This document shows, in pieces, positions 29,858 through 39,314 of a stretch of 64,000 nt of DNA. The notes beneath the pieces were generated by a model. It ran no database searches and was not told the DNA's origin. It saw nothing but the letters and a program-made list of their open reading frames with translations. This stretch comes from Candidatus Obscuribacterales bacterium (GTDB taxonomy: Bacteria > Cyanobacteriota > Vampirovibrionia > Obscuribacterales > Obscuribacteraceae). The stretch is from the NCBI GenBank assembly GCA_965228855.1, contig CBDDIJ010000003.1, positions 1,664,001 through 1,728,000 on the forward strand, written 5' to 3'. Numbering within the stretch: the stretch's first letter is position 1; each line of letters starts with the position of its first letter. Both the position numbers and the translations under genes were made by a program.

Positions 29858-30617
29858 ATCCGAACCTCATGTCGTAATCAGCCTCGACTTCCTTCGGCAA
29901 TTCGAGCCCGAGTTCTGTCAATCGCTTAGTGACGATCTCCATATACTCGTCCTGAATTTGCTGAGAGCTTTTTATTTTCAACCCATACTCAAAATACTTT
30001 GCGAAGTGTTCACTGTCGTCAGATGGACGCCCTGAAAAACCGAGACCCATAGCCATAAATTTAGGTACAGCTGCTTGCAGTTTTTCACGACCTTTTTCGC
30101 CCTCGAATTCGATGACGCGCTTTGAAGCCCAGACACCAAAAGCAAGGTGCCCCTTCTCCTCCTGCCAGATGCGTTCGCTGATTCGTCTCCATGGCAAGTA
30201 AGAGGACTCACGATATTGTCCGAGGAATGCCACCGCTGCTGGTGTTACGACAGTAGAAAACATCGCTACGTCGGACCAATCTTCGAAAAAGCGCGACCAG
30301 TTTTCCTTTCGGAAACCGTTTATGATTCGTACCTTTTTATGGTCAGGATTGTCGGGGTTTTGCACGAGGTGCTGAACGCGCGCATTGACGTCTATGCCGA
30401 GCGGTTCCAGAATCTCCCAGCAATACCAGCCGTGCCCCATCTCTTCCATTACTTTCTTGGCTAGTCTATATGCTTCTTCCGGCCGCGTCGCAAAGCGCAT
30501 GTTCTCAGCTACGCGCTGACCGCCGGCAAACTCAGAGTCTGCCTGGAAAGAAAGCAGATCTATCAGAGCCTTCTTGTAATCAGCAGGCAGTTGATCGTTG
30601 ACGTCATAGGTTTTCAT
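29829..30617 (-). CDS. Ferritin-like diiron protein, PaaA/PaaC/BoxB (ring-CoA epoxidase) family
   Basis: QADSEFAG, EEMGH, SSYLPW, EEKGH motifs; GGAGG RBS. Confidence 0.8.
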   Translation of the reverse strand: MKTYDVNDQLPADYKKALIDLLSFQADSEFAGGQRVAENMRFATRPEEAYRLAKKVMEEMGHGWYCWEILEPLGIDVNARVQHLVQNPDNPDHKKVRIINGFRKENWSRFFEDWSDVAMFSTVVTPAAVAFLGQYRESSYLPWRRISERIWQEEKGHLAFGVWASKRVIEFEGEKGREKLQAAVPKFMAMGLGFSGRPSDDSEHFAKYFEYGLKIKSSQQIQDEYMEIVTKRLTELGLELPKEVEADYDMRFGYAQTAAACN

Positions 30618-30846
30618 TCGCGACCTCCATGGTGCATTTATGACTCAGCCAGGTGCTCCTAAGATTCTTTCTTTTTAGCGGTTTATATTTGTCATCCGTA
30701 GGGATGTTTTCGCTCATCCTTTCGGTTGGTTTAAACCGCCCGTTCCAGCCAAAAGGCGAAATACTGATCGTTTAATAAACACTTGGCAACCATGACAGTA
30801 GTGGTCCTATACTGGTTTTAGTTACAAAAACCCGAGGACTGACAAC

Positions 30847-31158
30847 ATGAAAAGAAAACAGTACAGACAAGGCGACGTTTTGTTGATTCCGATTGACTCA
30901 GTGCCGAATGGAACCATTGAAGAGTCCGCTGACGGTCGCGTTGTTCTGGCGTATGGAGAGGTAACCGGGCACGCACATGCGATCGATGCAACGATGGCTA
31001 AGACCTTTCAGAAAGGTTCCGATCGTTATCTTGTGGTGTCTGATGGTGCCGTCCTCCGACACGAAGAGCACAGCCCTCTCAAGTTAGCGCCTGGCGCTTA
31101 CAAGGTTCAATTGCAGCGCGAATACGAGCCACAAGGATTTCGCCCCGTAACAGACTAA
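30847..31158 (+). CDS. Conserved small His-rich protein (typical partner of DUF6745)
   Basis: YRQGDVLL, LAYGEVTGHAH, HEEH, QREYEP. Confidence 0.8.
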   Translation: MKRKQYRQGDVLLIPIDSVPNGTIEESADGRVVLAYGEVTGHAHAIDATMAKTFQKGSDRYLVVSDGAVLRHEEHSPLKLAPGAYKVQLQREYEPQGFRPVTD

Positions 31159-31167
31159 GGGTGCACG

Positions 31168-32730
31168 ATGAACAAACAAACTAACGATGCCGCGGTCTTC
31201 GCCAAAATCGACCAGTTGCTTGCCCGCTGGCGGCAAGAGCTTTCGGAGCCCGGAGTTGACAAACGAGACATAGCCGAGGAAGGCATCAACCTTCTCTACA
31301 AAAAGGCCGGAAAGAAACCGCCCCTTATCTTGTGGTGCGACAGTCCGTTGCAAACTAATTTGATTCCAACCCTGATTGGAAACGTTCTGCGGTCCGACGG
31401 ATGGAAGACTCTGATTGCTAACCTGGGACCAATCGAAAAGACTGATTCTGAGCAGTTTATCGCAAACTGGAAAAGTCAGTGGATCAGATTGGAGAAGAGC
31501 ACTGTCCTTCCACTTCTGAACAGAATTTGGAACTTCCAGTACAAAGGCGAAACCGCAACCACGCAACAGAAAGTCTTAGACCGTCTCTCCGAGCATCTTC
31601 TCACCATCCTCAAAGATGGTCGTCTTAATGCGGAAACGGTGCACCATAAGAATATCAAGAAGAAGGACGATACCATTTTGCCGAGCCCACAGGGTGGCGA
31701 TTTATGGAAAGCCATGGTCAAACTCGGTGCAGAAGTTGAACAGAAGACAACGACTGATTTCACGTTCAGTATGACCACTGCACAGGGTCTGGCCCTCGGC
31801 GTCCTCGATCATAGAATGGTGACAAATCATATTCCTATTGCGAAGGATTTATTGAAACCGACTGACGAGCAGAAGGCTCTTCTAGACAAGGTTCAGGACA
31901 TAAGAGCAAAGTGCTCCGAGTTAGAAACTCTGTCCAACTCTCGTTCAGCCTGGTTGACTCAGGCGGCGCAAGGATATTCTCGACCTATTTCCATGCCCGA
32001 TATAGATCCGGAAAAAGAGCTACATGAAAATTTGTGGGGCACCATTAAAGCCACCAAAGCGGAATTCGAACTCAGACAAAAGGATCCACGCGCCAACAAT
32101 TTTATTTTTTGGGGAACCGGCATGCCATGGCTTCCTCTGGCCCTTAGCTGTCGCATGTTAAATGACAAGCTACTGGCGAATTTTGAGGACGAGATCGATG
32201 GATGGGCTTATCTATTTCACGGAGCGGCAGGTTACGTACTCTGTGATCTAGTTTGCTTTGTATGTCGCAAACCTAAAACGCTTGTACTCAACGATAATGG
32301 CCGACCGCATGCGCAGTTCGGACCCGCCGCCACCTGGTCGGACGGATTTGACGTGCACTCCTGGCGCGGAATTGTTGTAGAAGCAGACCTGATCAAACAG
32401 GCGCATGCCGTCAGACTCGATCAGATTCTTACCGAAGAAAATGCGGAGAGAAGGAGAGTTCTTCTCGATATGTTCGGTGAGGAGAGATTTGTGCGCGAGT
32501 CAGGAGCAGAAGTTATTCACCGGGACAAATACGGAACTCTGTATCGGCATATGTTCAAGATGGACGAACCGCTAACAATAGTGCGCGTTCGCAACTCCAC
32601 GCGCGAGTTGGATGGCAGCTATAAAGATTACTTTCTGCGGGTCCCGCCGACGGTGACCACCGCAAAAGAAGCGGTCGCATGGACCTTCGGACTTTCAGCC
32701 GACGAGTACGATCCCGGCTACGAGAGTTAG
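31168..32730 (+). CDS. DUF6745 domain protein
   Basis: GRPHA..GPAA.WSDGF, ENAERRRVLL, VRNST..DG..K.YFLRVPP...TAKEAVAWTFGL. Confidence 0.8.
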   Translation: MNKQTNDAAVFAKIDQLLARWRQELSEPGVDKRDIAEEGINLLYKKAGKKPPLILWCDSPLQTNLIPTLIGNVLRSDGWKTLIANLGPIEKTDSEQFIANWKSQWIRLEKSTVLPLLNRIWNFQYKGETATTQQKVLDRLSEHLLTILKDGRLNAETVHHKNIKKKDDTILPSPQGGDLWKAMVKLGAEVEQKTTTDFTFSMTTAQGLALGVLDHRMVTNHIPIAKDLLKPTDEQKALLDKVQDIRAKCSELETLSNSRSAWLTQAAQGYSRPISMPDIDPEKELHENLWGTIKATKAEFELRQKDPRANNFIFWGTGMPWLPLALSCRMLNDKLLANFEDEIDGWAYLFHGAAGYVLCDLVCFVCRKPKTLVLNDNGRPHAQFGPAATWSDGFDVHSWRGIVVEADLIKQAHAVRLDQILTEENAERRRVLLDMFGEERFVRESGAEVIHRDKYGTLYRHMFKMDEPLTIVRVRNSTRELDGSYKDYFLRVPPTVTTAKEAVAWTFGLSADEYDPGYES

Positions 32731-32766
32731 CGGACGCGGAAATATCTGTGCAAGAAACGGTTTGAA

Positions 32767-33480
32767 TCAATCACATAGCAGATTCAGTTTGTCTAGCTTT
32801 TCTTTTATGTATTCTGTAGTTCGTGGGAATGGTTTCCTCAGATCATTCGGATAAACCATGTCCGACGGTGGCAGGGTAAGGTACATGAACAATTCAGCAA
32901 AAGTCTCATCACGGCCTCGTTTTTCTGGTTGCTGGAGGAAGTAGCCCAGTTTCTTGCGGTCAGACTCCGGTATTCGAGAAACATCCTCTCTATACGCGCG
33001 TATAAAGTCATCAGAATCAGATATTCGAGCAGGAACCTGTTGCGGTGAGTCACGTTCCATCGAGCCAGCATGCCAGTTGACGGCATGACCGCCTTCATGA
33101 GGCAAGTCTCCGTTCGGATTGACGAAGATTCTCGTCTTGCCTTTGTCGTGATAATAAAAATTGTTATGAGTGGAAGCTTCCGGCTCGAACTGTCGAAGAG
33201 TTAGATCGCCTTTAGCCGCTGCGGCGATGGAGCTACTTGCCACAACCTCAACTTTATTGTCGGACAACAGTTTTTGTATCGCCTTCGGAAAACGCACCAG
33301 CTCTTCCTTTGCGAACCTCTCAGCGGCATCCACCAGTTTTTTCGATGCTGGATCTTCCTGTGAATTTCTTTGAACAATTTTGTTTGCGTATAGATTGTCT
33401 CTAAATTCAGAAAGAGCGTCTCGCTCAGCCTCTGATGTGGAAGGAATTTTGCAGTCGTTTCTATCTAACGAATTTTCCAT
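32767..33480 (-). CDS. Anthrax-lethal-factor-like (ATLF/Pro-Pro endopeptidase) zinc metallopeptidase
   Basis: HEGGH, ISDSDDF, YF, ETFAELF, FPRT motifs. Confidence 0.75.
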   Translation of the reverse strand: MENSLDRNDCKIPSTSEAERDALSEFRDNLYANKIVQRNSQEDPASKKLVDAAERFAKEELVRFPKAIQKLLSDNKVEVVASSSIAAAAKGDLTLRQFEPEASTHNNFYYHDKGKTRIFVNPNGDLPHEGGHAVNWHAGSMERDSPQQVPARISDSDDFIRAYREDVSRIPESDRKKLGYFLQQPEKRGRDETFAELFMYLTLPPSDMVYPNDLRKPFPRTTEYIKEKLDKLNLLCD

Positions 33481-33584
33481 ACGCCCATCTTCCTAAATGC
33501 GGTTTCAACATTATGCTCATTCATGAACATAACCACAACGTGACTTTCGTAGGACAGATGCGCTAATACCCAGAGTCACATCGC

Positions 33585-34277
33585 TCAGTCATCCGTTCTC
33601 AACGTGTAGCCGACGCGCGGAATTGTCCTTATTATTGAGGTCGAGCCATCTTCGTTGGTATCGTCGATAGTGCGGCGAATTCGCTTTATCGATGTTCTGA
33701 GCGCATCGGCTGTGGCTTCGGATTCTGACTCCCAGACGCGGGCCAGCAATACATCGCTACTAAAAATGCGATTAGGGTTGCGCATGAAAAACTCAAGGAG
33801 GGCAAAATCCTTCGGCTGCAATCGCAACTCCACTCCGGCTTTGGTCAATTCATGCTTATTTGGATCTAGCTTGATGTCACCTCTTATAAGAACTTCCGAT
33901 AGTATTTCCGGTGGGCGGCGCAAAATGGCTCGGATACGAGCGGCCAGTTCCTTTACTGCAAATGGTTTTGTGACATAATCGTCTGCGCCGACGTCGAGCC
34001 CCCTCTCTTTATCGGAAAGACCATCTTTTGCTGTCAGCATGATGACGGGTGTCTGACCGCCGCGCTCGCGAAAGTCTTTTAGAAGTTCCAAGCCACTTTT
34101 GAAGGGAAGGTCCCAATCCAGGACGATTAGATCGAAACCGCCGAGCTTGAGCAAGTCATCAGCTTTTCGACCGTCATGCACGGATTCCACGCTATGTCTC
34201 TGTCCGATCAGCCAATCGGACACCAGTGCGCACAAGGTTTTGTCGTCCTCAATTAACAGAATTTTGGCCAACTTCAC
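33585..34277 (-). CDS. OmpR-family response regulator
   Basis: IEDD, LDWDLP, LTAK, GADDYVTKPF, C-terminal winged helix ending TIPRVGY. Confidence 0.95.
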   Translation of the reverse strand: MKLAKILLIEDDKTLCALVSDWLIGQRHSVESVHDGRKADDLLKLGGFDLIVLDWDLPFKSGLELLKDFRERGGQTPVIMLTAKDGLSDKERGLDVGADDYVTKPFAVKELAARIRAILRRPPEILSEVLIRGDIKLDPNKHELTKAGVELRLQPKDFALLEFFMRNPNRIFSSDVLLARVWESESEATADALRTSIKRIRRTIDDTNEDGSTSIIRTIPRVGYTLRTDD

Positions 34278-34395
34278 TCCCCGAAAGCTTCTGACTCAAG
34301 GTTCCGAAACTGAATGCAGAAGTGTTATACCCACCGATACTGTGAATTGTCTGTTCTTTGGGACATCGGTTTCCTTACTTGGTTTGGTAGCCTAA

Positions 34396-34419
34396 AGGCA
34401 GACCTTCACAGGTCTGCCT
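34396..34419. terminator. Perfect 10-bp hairpin, probable terminator
   Basis: AGGCAGACCT-TCAC-AGGTCTGCCT just downstream of the 34443 gene; U-tract is weak. Confidence 0.55.
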
Positions 34420-34442
34420 CTACCAGCACTTTCCTAGTGTGA

Positions 34443-34724
34443 CTAGCGGTCTTCATACCGTAAGTAAGGATCTGGATCGTTAGCAGGAAGGCGCTTGTCG
34501 TGCACTTCGTCATACGGATCCGGACCATGCGGATCCCGTCCGTGTGGATTCGGACCGTGCGGGTTGTCGGTTATGTCTTTACCCGGATCTCGGTCGTCCT
34601 TATTCTCTACCAGCAAAACCTTCGTAGGCACGGTAGCGCTGGCTGCATTGAAAGAGGGCTCGCTTGTTGTTGAAGAGTTGAAAGCGGACAGCACAATTAA
34701 GCCAGCAAGTAGGTGATTGTACAT
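34443..34724 (-). CDS. Small secreted protein with PHG repeats
   Basis: ATG 34724 with GAGG RBS; signal peptide; NPHGP-NPHGR-DPHGP-DP. Confidence 0.65.
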   Translation of the reverse strand: MYNHLLAGLIVLSAFNSSTTSEPSFNAASATVPTKVLLVENKDDRDPGKDITDNPHGPNPHGRDPHGPDPYDEVHDKRLPANDPDPYLRYEDR

Positions 34725-34875
34725 TTGCCAAACCTCGGCGTATGAACCTTGACAAATTGAGGATAGATTTTTTTCGTCGTCCAATCTTCTTGGAGATTGC
34801 GCAGTTTCTACCATCCAACTGTGGCTATTCATGCGGTTTTCATAGAGCCACTTAGCCCAGATTTATTCCATCTTG

Positions 34876-35925
34876 CTATTTTCCGCTTTCTCCCTGAACG
34901 ACAGACTGCCTGAAGTGATTGGGCGAAAGGCCGAAACGCTGAGAGAAACTGCTGCTGAATGATCCCAGACTCTCGAAACCAACATCGCCGCAAATCTCGG
35001 TAACACTTTTTCTTGACACTCTGAGCAGCTGAGACGCCTTCTGCAAGCGGCAATCAGTCAAATACTGGTTTGGGCTGATACCAAACATACGAGTAAAGCA
35101 ACGTTGAAAGTGATAAGGCGAAAGGTCTGCAGTTTTCGCCATATCAGCGAGGCTCCAGGATTCATCCACGGACGACGAGATGTAGTCACGACTTCTCTGG
35201 AGTCGATCGTACATCTGAAATCTCGTCGATGCGCGTCGAAATGGCATGGATTCGGCCTCGAACACATCGCTCCTGTGAACGTGAAGAAGTCTTTGCAGAA
35301 TTACCTTCAGCTCATCGAGCACCAGACCTGCGCTCACCTCTGACTCTTGAATCATCGAGCGCAAAAGCAAGAGTCGTGGGGACACGATGTGGTCGTTCGG
35401 TCTGAGCCTCTGGCAAAATTGAATCGGCAACCTGTTCTTCGAGGAACTATCGAACTGGAGGAGATCGTTTTCGCTGAGGAGAGGAGAGAAAACCTCAGAA
35501 GCGAATTCCAATCCAAAGAATATCGTAAGCGATTCCACGTCCGGGGTGCCCTCTAAAATCCTGGCAGAACTCTCGCTATCATTCAGCACCAAATATGATG
35601 CTTCGTCTAAGGTAATGCGTGGACTGCAACCGACAAAGCAGTCCTCCCGCCCCCGGAAAATGCATCTCAATGATAAAGGAAACAGTTTCTGATCTTCCTC
35701 GAAGATAACACCGTTTCCATCGCGGAATAAGAATATCGACGCTGGTAAACCCGAAAGGTAATCAAAATCGAGACGCTCGTCGAATCTCGAAGTCAAGTCT
35801 CTTACAATCGACAATGAATTGCCGTTTCTGGATTTTCCCTTAAATTGTCGCATTTGCCATCTTACCGCTTGCCAGAGAACGGCGCGCTGCACCTTTCTTC
35901 GCGGTCTCCACTGCCATGTCCCCAT
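34876..35925 (-). CDS. AraC-family transcriptional regulator (true start probably further downstream)
   Basis: LADMAKTADLSPYHFQRCF and VGFESLGSFSSSFSQRFGLSP double HTH. Confidence 0.9.
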   Translation of the reverse strand: MGTWQWRPRRKVQRAVLWQAVRWQMRQFKGKSRNGNSLSIVRDLTSRFDERLDFDYLSGLPASIFLFRDGNGVIFEEDQKLFPLSLRCIFRGREDCFVGCSPRITLDEASYLVLNDSESSARILEGTPDVESLTIFFGLEFASEVFSPLLSENDLLQFDSSSKNRLPIQFCQRLRPNDHIVSPRLLLLRSMIQESEVSAGLVLDELKVILQRLLHVHRSDVFEAESMPFRRASTRFQMYDRLQRSRDYISSSVDESWSLADMAKTADLSPYHFQRCFTRMFGISPNQYLTDCRLQKASQLLRVSRKSVTEICGDVGFESLGSFSSSFSQRFGLSPNHFRQSVVQGESGK

Positions 35926-35984
35926 GTTATTTCCGGTAGATGGCTGTCGGATGACTATATGTGGCTAATTTGTGGCTGAAGCTG

Positions 35985-37145
35985 TCATGCTTCCGGGTTG
36001 ATGGGCACCGAGAAGCAGAACTTGCTTCCTTTTCCTTCGACGCTTTCAACCCAAATACGCCCCTGGTGTTTCTCCACAAGTGCTTTACAGATGGCCAGAC
36101 CCAGACCGAATCCTTTGCGCTTCAGCTCGCTTGACTGGTCCAGCTGGCGAAAGCGCTCAAAGATCTGGAGTTTCTGTTGATCGGGTATCCCAGGTCCCTG
36201 GTCGATAACTTCAAATCTCGCGTGTACGCCTGCGATGCCGGCAACAACCCTGACCACCGAATTCTCCGGAGAGTATTTGATCGCATTCGAAATCAAGTTT
36301 ATCAATACCTGCACGATACGATTTTGATCCACGGTGATAACATCATTGGTAAACTCCGTTTCAATCGAAACGCGCTTATCGTCAGGTCTTTGAAGAGCCA
36401 AGTTAGCTGTCTTTATAATAGACCCAATAGTGGTATCAGTGTAATCAAGTTGTATGCTTCCACTCTCAACATTTTCAGATTCAAGCAGATTTCCCACCAG
36501 CGAATTTAAATACTCTATATTGGAAACACCTTGTGTAACGAGGTCCACTCCCCTCGCGGACAGTGAACCATAGGTACCCTCGGCCACCAGCTCGAGAGTT
36601 ACGCGCACCGACGTAAGGGGGGCACGCAGGTCGTGGCTAACCATGGATATCAGTTCATGACGAAAGCGTTCCAACCTGTGCCTTTCGTTTATATCTTGAA
36701 CAGTTACAAACAACAAATCTTCTCCGAACATCTCCAGCGAGTTGACAAACACCTCCGCTACGAATGTTTCTCCGCCCTTCCTTTTCGCCAGCAGTCGCAT
36801 TGGTTGACTTGTCACATTCAGCGCCGCAACTTCAGGGAACACAGAGGCAATCTCCTGATTAGCTAACTCAGTTTCACTGCAACGAAAGTATTCCGCGGCA
36901 ATCTTATTTACAGCCTTAATGCGTTGACCTTTTTCAATCATGATAAACCCGAACGGAAAACCGGCGAGAAAACTTCGCATCCAAAACAAGAGCTCCTCTT
37001 GTCTCCTGATTAGTTTTTGTTCCGATTCTTTAAGTCCGGCTATTTCCGTCAACCGCTCTTCTGCTAGGCGACGGAAGTCAGCTAGCGTTTGGACTTCAGG
37101 CTCCTTTCGATCGTTCACTATAGTCTCCAACGCGAAGAAGTCCAA
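35985..37145 (-). CDS. PAS-domain sensor histidine kinase
   Basis: H-box SHDLRAPL, N-box NLISNAIKY, G1 DQGPGI, G2 GFGLGL. Confidence 0.92.
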   Translation of the reverse strand: MDFFALETIVNDRKEPEVQTLADFRRLAEERLTEIAGLKESEQKLIRRQEELLFWMRSFLAGFPFGFIMIEKGQRIKAVNKIAAEYFRCSETELANQEIASVFPEVAALNVTSQPMRLLAKRKGGETFVAEVFVNSLEMFGEDLLFVTVQDINERHRLERFRHELISMVSHDLRAPLTSVRVTLELVAEGTYGSLSARGVDLVTQGVSNIEYLNSLVGNLLESENVESGSIQLDYTDTTIGSIIKTANLALQRPDDKRVSIETEFTNDVITVDQNRIVQVLINLISNAIKYSPENSVVRVVAGIAGVHARFEVIDQGPGIPDQQKLQIFERFRQLDQSSELKRKGFGLGLAICKALVEKHQGRIWVESVEGKGSKFCFSVPINPEA

Positions 37146-37214
37146 AATACGGATTGCAACCCTGGCAGTTCAATATTAGTATGCCCCAAGTGGACGAATC
37201 GGAATAATTAATCG

Positions 37215-39314
37215 ATGAATCTCGAACCGCCGGAAACTTGCCAATTATGCAAAAAAGAAAAGGGCGGCGGCAAGGCGACCGGTTCGCTGACTTCATTTCT
37301 TTTTCAGGAAATGCGTTGTACCTGCCTCGATACTGCAGTTACTCTCAAGGCGGTTAGTGTACCTAAGTTTGACCGCTGCCGGGATTGCGGCAAGATCAAG
37401 GAAGGCAAGGAAGGTAGTTTTACATCCTTTCTTTTCCAAGATCTCAGTTGCAGCTGCCAAAGAAACCGAACGGTGAAAGTCACGTCTCGGATAACAGCGG
37501 ACAATCGCAGAGCATCTTTGCTGACCACTCGCGTTCCCAGAAAACACAGTGCCAGATCGAGATCTACATGGTGCGCCAACGACTCAACAGCGATGGTCGA
37601 ACTTCGGATCGGAGACATAATATCCGGTTATAAACTGCTCGCACAAATTGGTCAAGGTGGCATGGGAATTGTTTTCCTGGCAGAGCATCTTGCACTCAAC
37701 CGAATCTGCGCGCTGAAGTTCTTGGCACCATCCCTGGTATCGAAGACCAGCTGGATGATGTTTCAAAACGAGGTCAAGTTAGTCTCAGGTTTGAGTCATC
37801 CAACCATTTGTCGCATATACGATATGGGTATTTATGAAGGCAAGCTGCCGTTTTACTCCATGGACTACTTGATTGGTGAAACTCTGGATTCCGTTTTGAT
37901 GAGAGAAGGCACGTTGTCGCTGGGTGCCGCAGTAGAAGTGTTTAGTAAAGTCGCGGACGGACTGTCTTACGCACATTCACAGGGCATCGTTCATAAGGAC
38001 ATAAAACCAGCGAACATTATGCTCCTACCTGATAGCAGTGGTAATGTCGGAGTAAACATTCTAGATTTTGGAATCGCGGAACTTGTCGATCAGGACACAC
38101 ATTCCGCCAAGCGTAGTGAAGCTGGTGTCGTAGGAAGCGCCTACTACATGAGTCCAGAACAATTTAAGGGAACTCGACTTGATCATCGCTCGGACATCTA
38201 CAACCTGGGTTGCTCGCTCTTTGAGACACTCACAGGAGAACCGCCCTATGTTGGAGTAACCAGAGAAGAGCTATCCGTACAACACATTACCTGGCCGATT
38301 CCAAGGATTACGGAGATGATTGAATCAAGTCAGGATTTTCCGCAAGAATTGGACGCCATCGTCAGTAAAGCCTTGGCTAAATCTGCCGATGAGCGTTATC
38401 AGGATGCTCGCACCCTGATCGATGACTTCAATCTTCTTTTAGAAAAGCACAGACTCGAGCCTGACCTCTCCGAGGAGGATAGCATACAGTCAGACGTACC
38501 GCAGGAGAAAGAACCAACGCGGACATCTACAAAGCGCGCTCTTTTTCAAGCATTGCTTGTTTCGACTTTTGCCTGCGTCGTGATCATCATGTCTCTTAGA
38601 CTGCCTGCCTTTTTTCAAAAGGAGCTCTATTCGAATTTGGACAATGGAGCAAAGCCTTCAAACAAACAGAAAATGAAGAGCAAGGAAACAGATATTAATG
38701 AAGATAGCTTCGAACACGGGGCAGGAATAGAATCATGGGAACCGAGAGTTAAGGATGCAGTGGCACGAGTTGCTGATCACGTCGAGCGCAATGTGCACAG
38801 CGCCCGATCTTGTATCTCACGTGGAAAGGCTCTATCAGAGGTAGACGAAGCAGAAGGCGCGATCCGCGAGCTCAATAAAGGTTTGAGCGCAAGACCGGAT
38901 CTATGGACAGTAAAAATCTCGGATTGTCTTGTGAAAAGTTATGTTGCTTCGGGCCGATTGGACCACGCTCTTTCTGAGATAAACAGAGGTCTTGGCGTTT
39001 CGCAAACTGTGGAGCGCTATCGAAAAAGAGGCGAAATCCAGCAAGAATTGCTCATGTTCGAAGAAGCCCTGATAAGTTTTGACAATGCTCTGAGACTGGC
39101 TCCCAATGACTATTGGACGTATTATCATCGGGGAGGTTGCTATGGTGCTTTGAGGCACTACGATAAGGCATTGGAGGATTTTTCGAGGTGCATTGTCTTG
39201 CAACCAGGTGTCCCTCAGGGATACGAAGCAAGGGCGAAAGTCTTTAGTCAAATCGGAAAAAAGGATCTGGCAGAACGCGACCTTGAAGAGTCTAGGAGAT
39301 TGACTCATCGATAA
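37215..39314 (+). CDS. Ser/Thr kinase with duplicated Cys-rich N-terminus, TM segment and TPR ectodomain
   Basis: GQGGMG, ALK, HKDIKPAN, DFG, YMSPEQ; TM ALLVSTFACVVIIMSL; TPR repeats at the C-terminus. Confidence 0.92.
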   Translation: MNLEPPETCQLCKKEKGGGKATGSLTSFLFQEMRCTCLDTAVTLKAVSVPKFDRCRDCGKIKEGKEGSFTSFLFQDLSCSCQRNRTVKVTSRITADNRRASLLTTRVPRKHSARSRSTWCANDSTAMVELRIGDIISGYKLLAQIGQGGMGIVFLAEHLALNRICALKFLAPSLVSKTSWMMFQNEVKLVSGLSHPTICRIYDMGIYEGKLPFYSMDYLIGETLDSVLMREGTLSLGAAVEVFSKVADGLSYAHSQGIVHKDIKPANIMLLPDSSGNVGVNILDFGIAELVDQDTHSAKRSEAGVVGSAYYMSPEQFKGTRLDHRSDIYNLGCSLFETLTGEPPYVGVTREELSVQHITWPIPRITEMIESSQDFPQELDAIVSKALAKSADERYQDARTLIDDFNLLLEKHRLEPDLSEEDSIQSDVPQEKEPTRTSTKRALFQALLVSTFACVVIIMSLRLPAFFQKELYSNLDNGAKPSNKQKMKSKETDINEDSFEHGAGIESWEPRVKDAVARVADHVERNVHSARSCISRGKALSEVDEAEGAIRELNKGLSARPDLWTVKISDCLVKSYVASGRLDHALSEINRGLGVSQTVERYRKRGEIQQELLMFEEALISFDNALRLAPNDYWTYYHRGGCYGALRHYDKALEDFSRCIVLQPGVPQGYEARAKVFSQIGKKDLAERDLEESRRLTHR

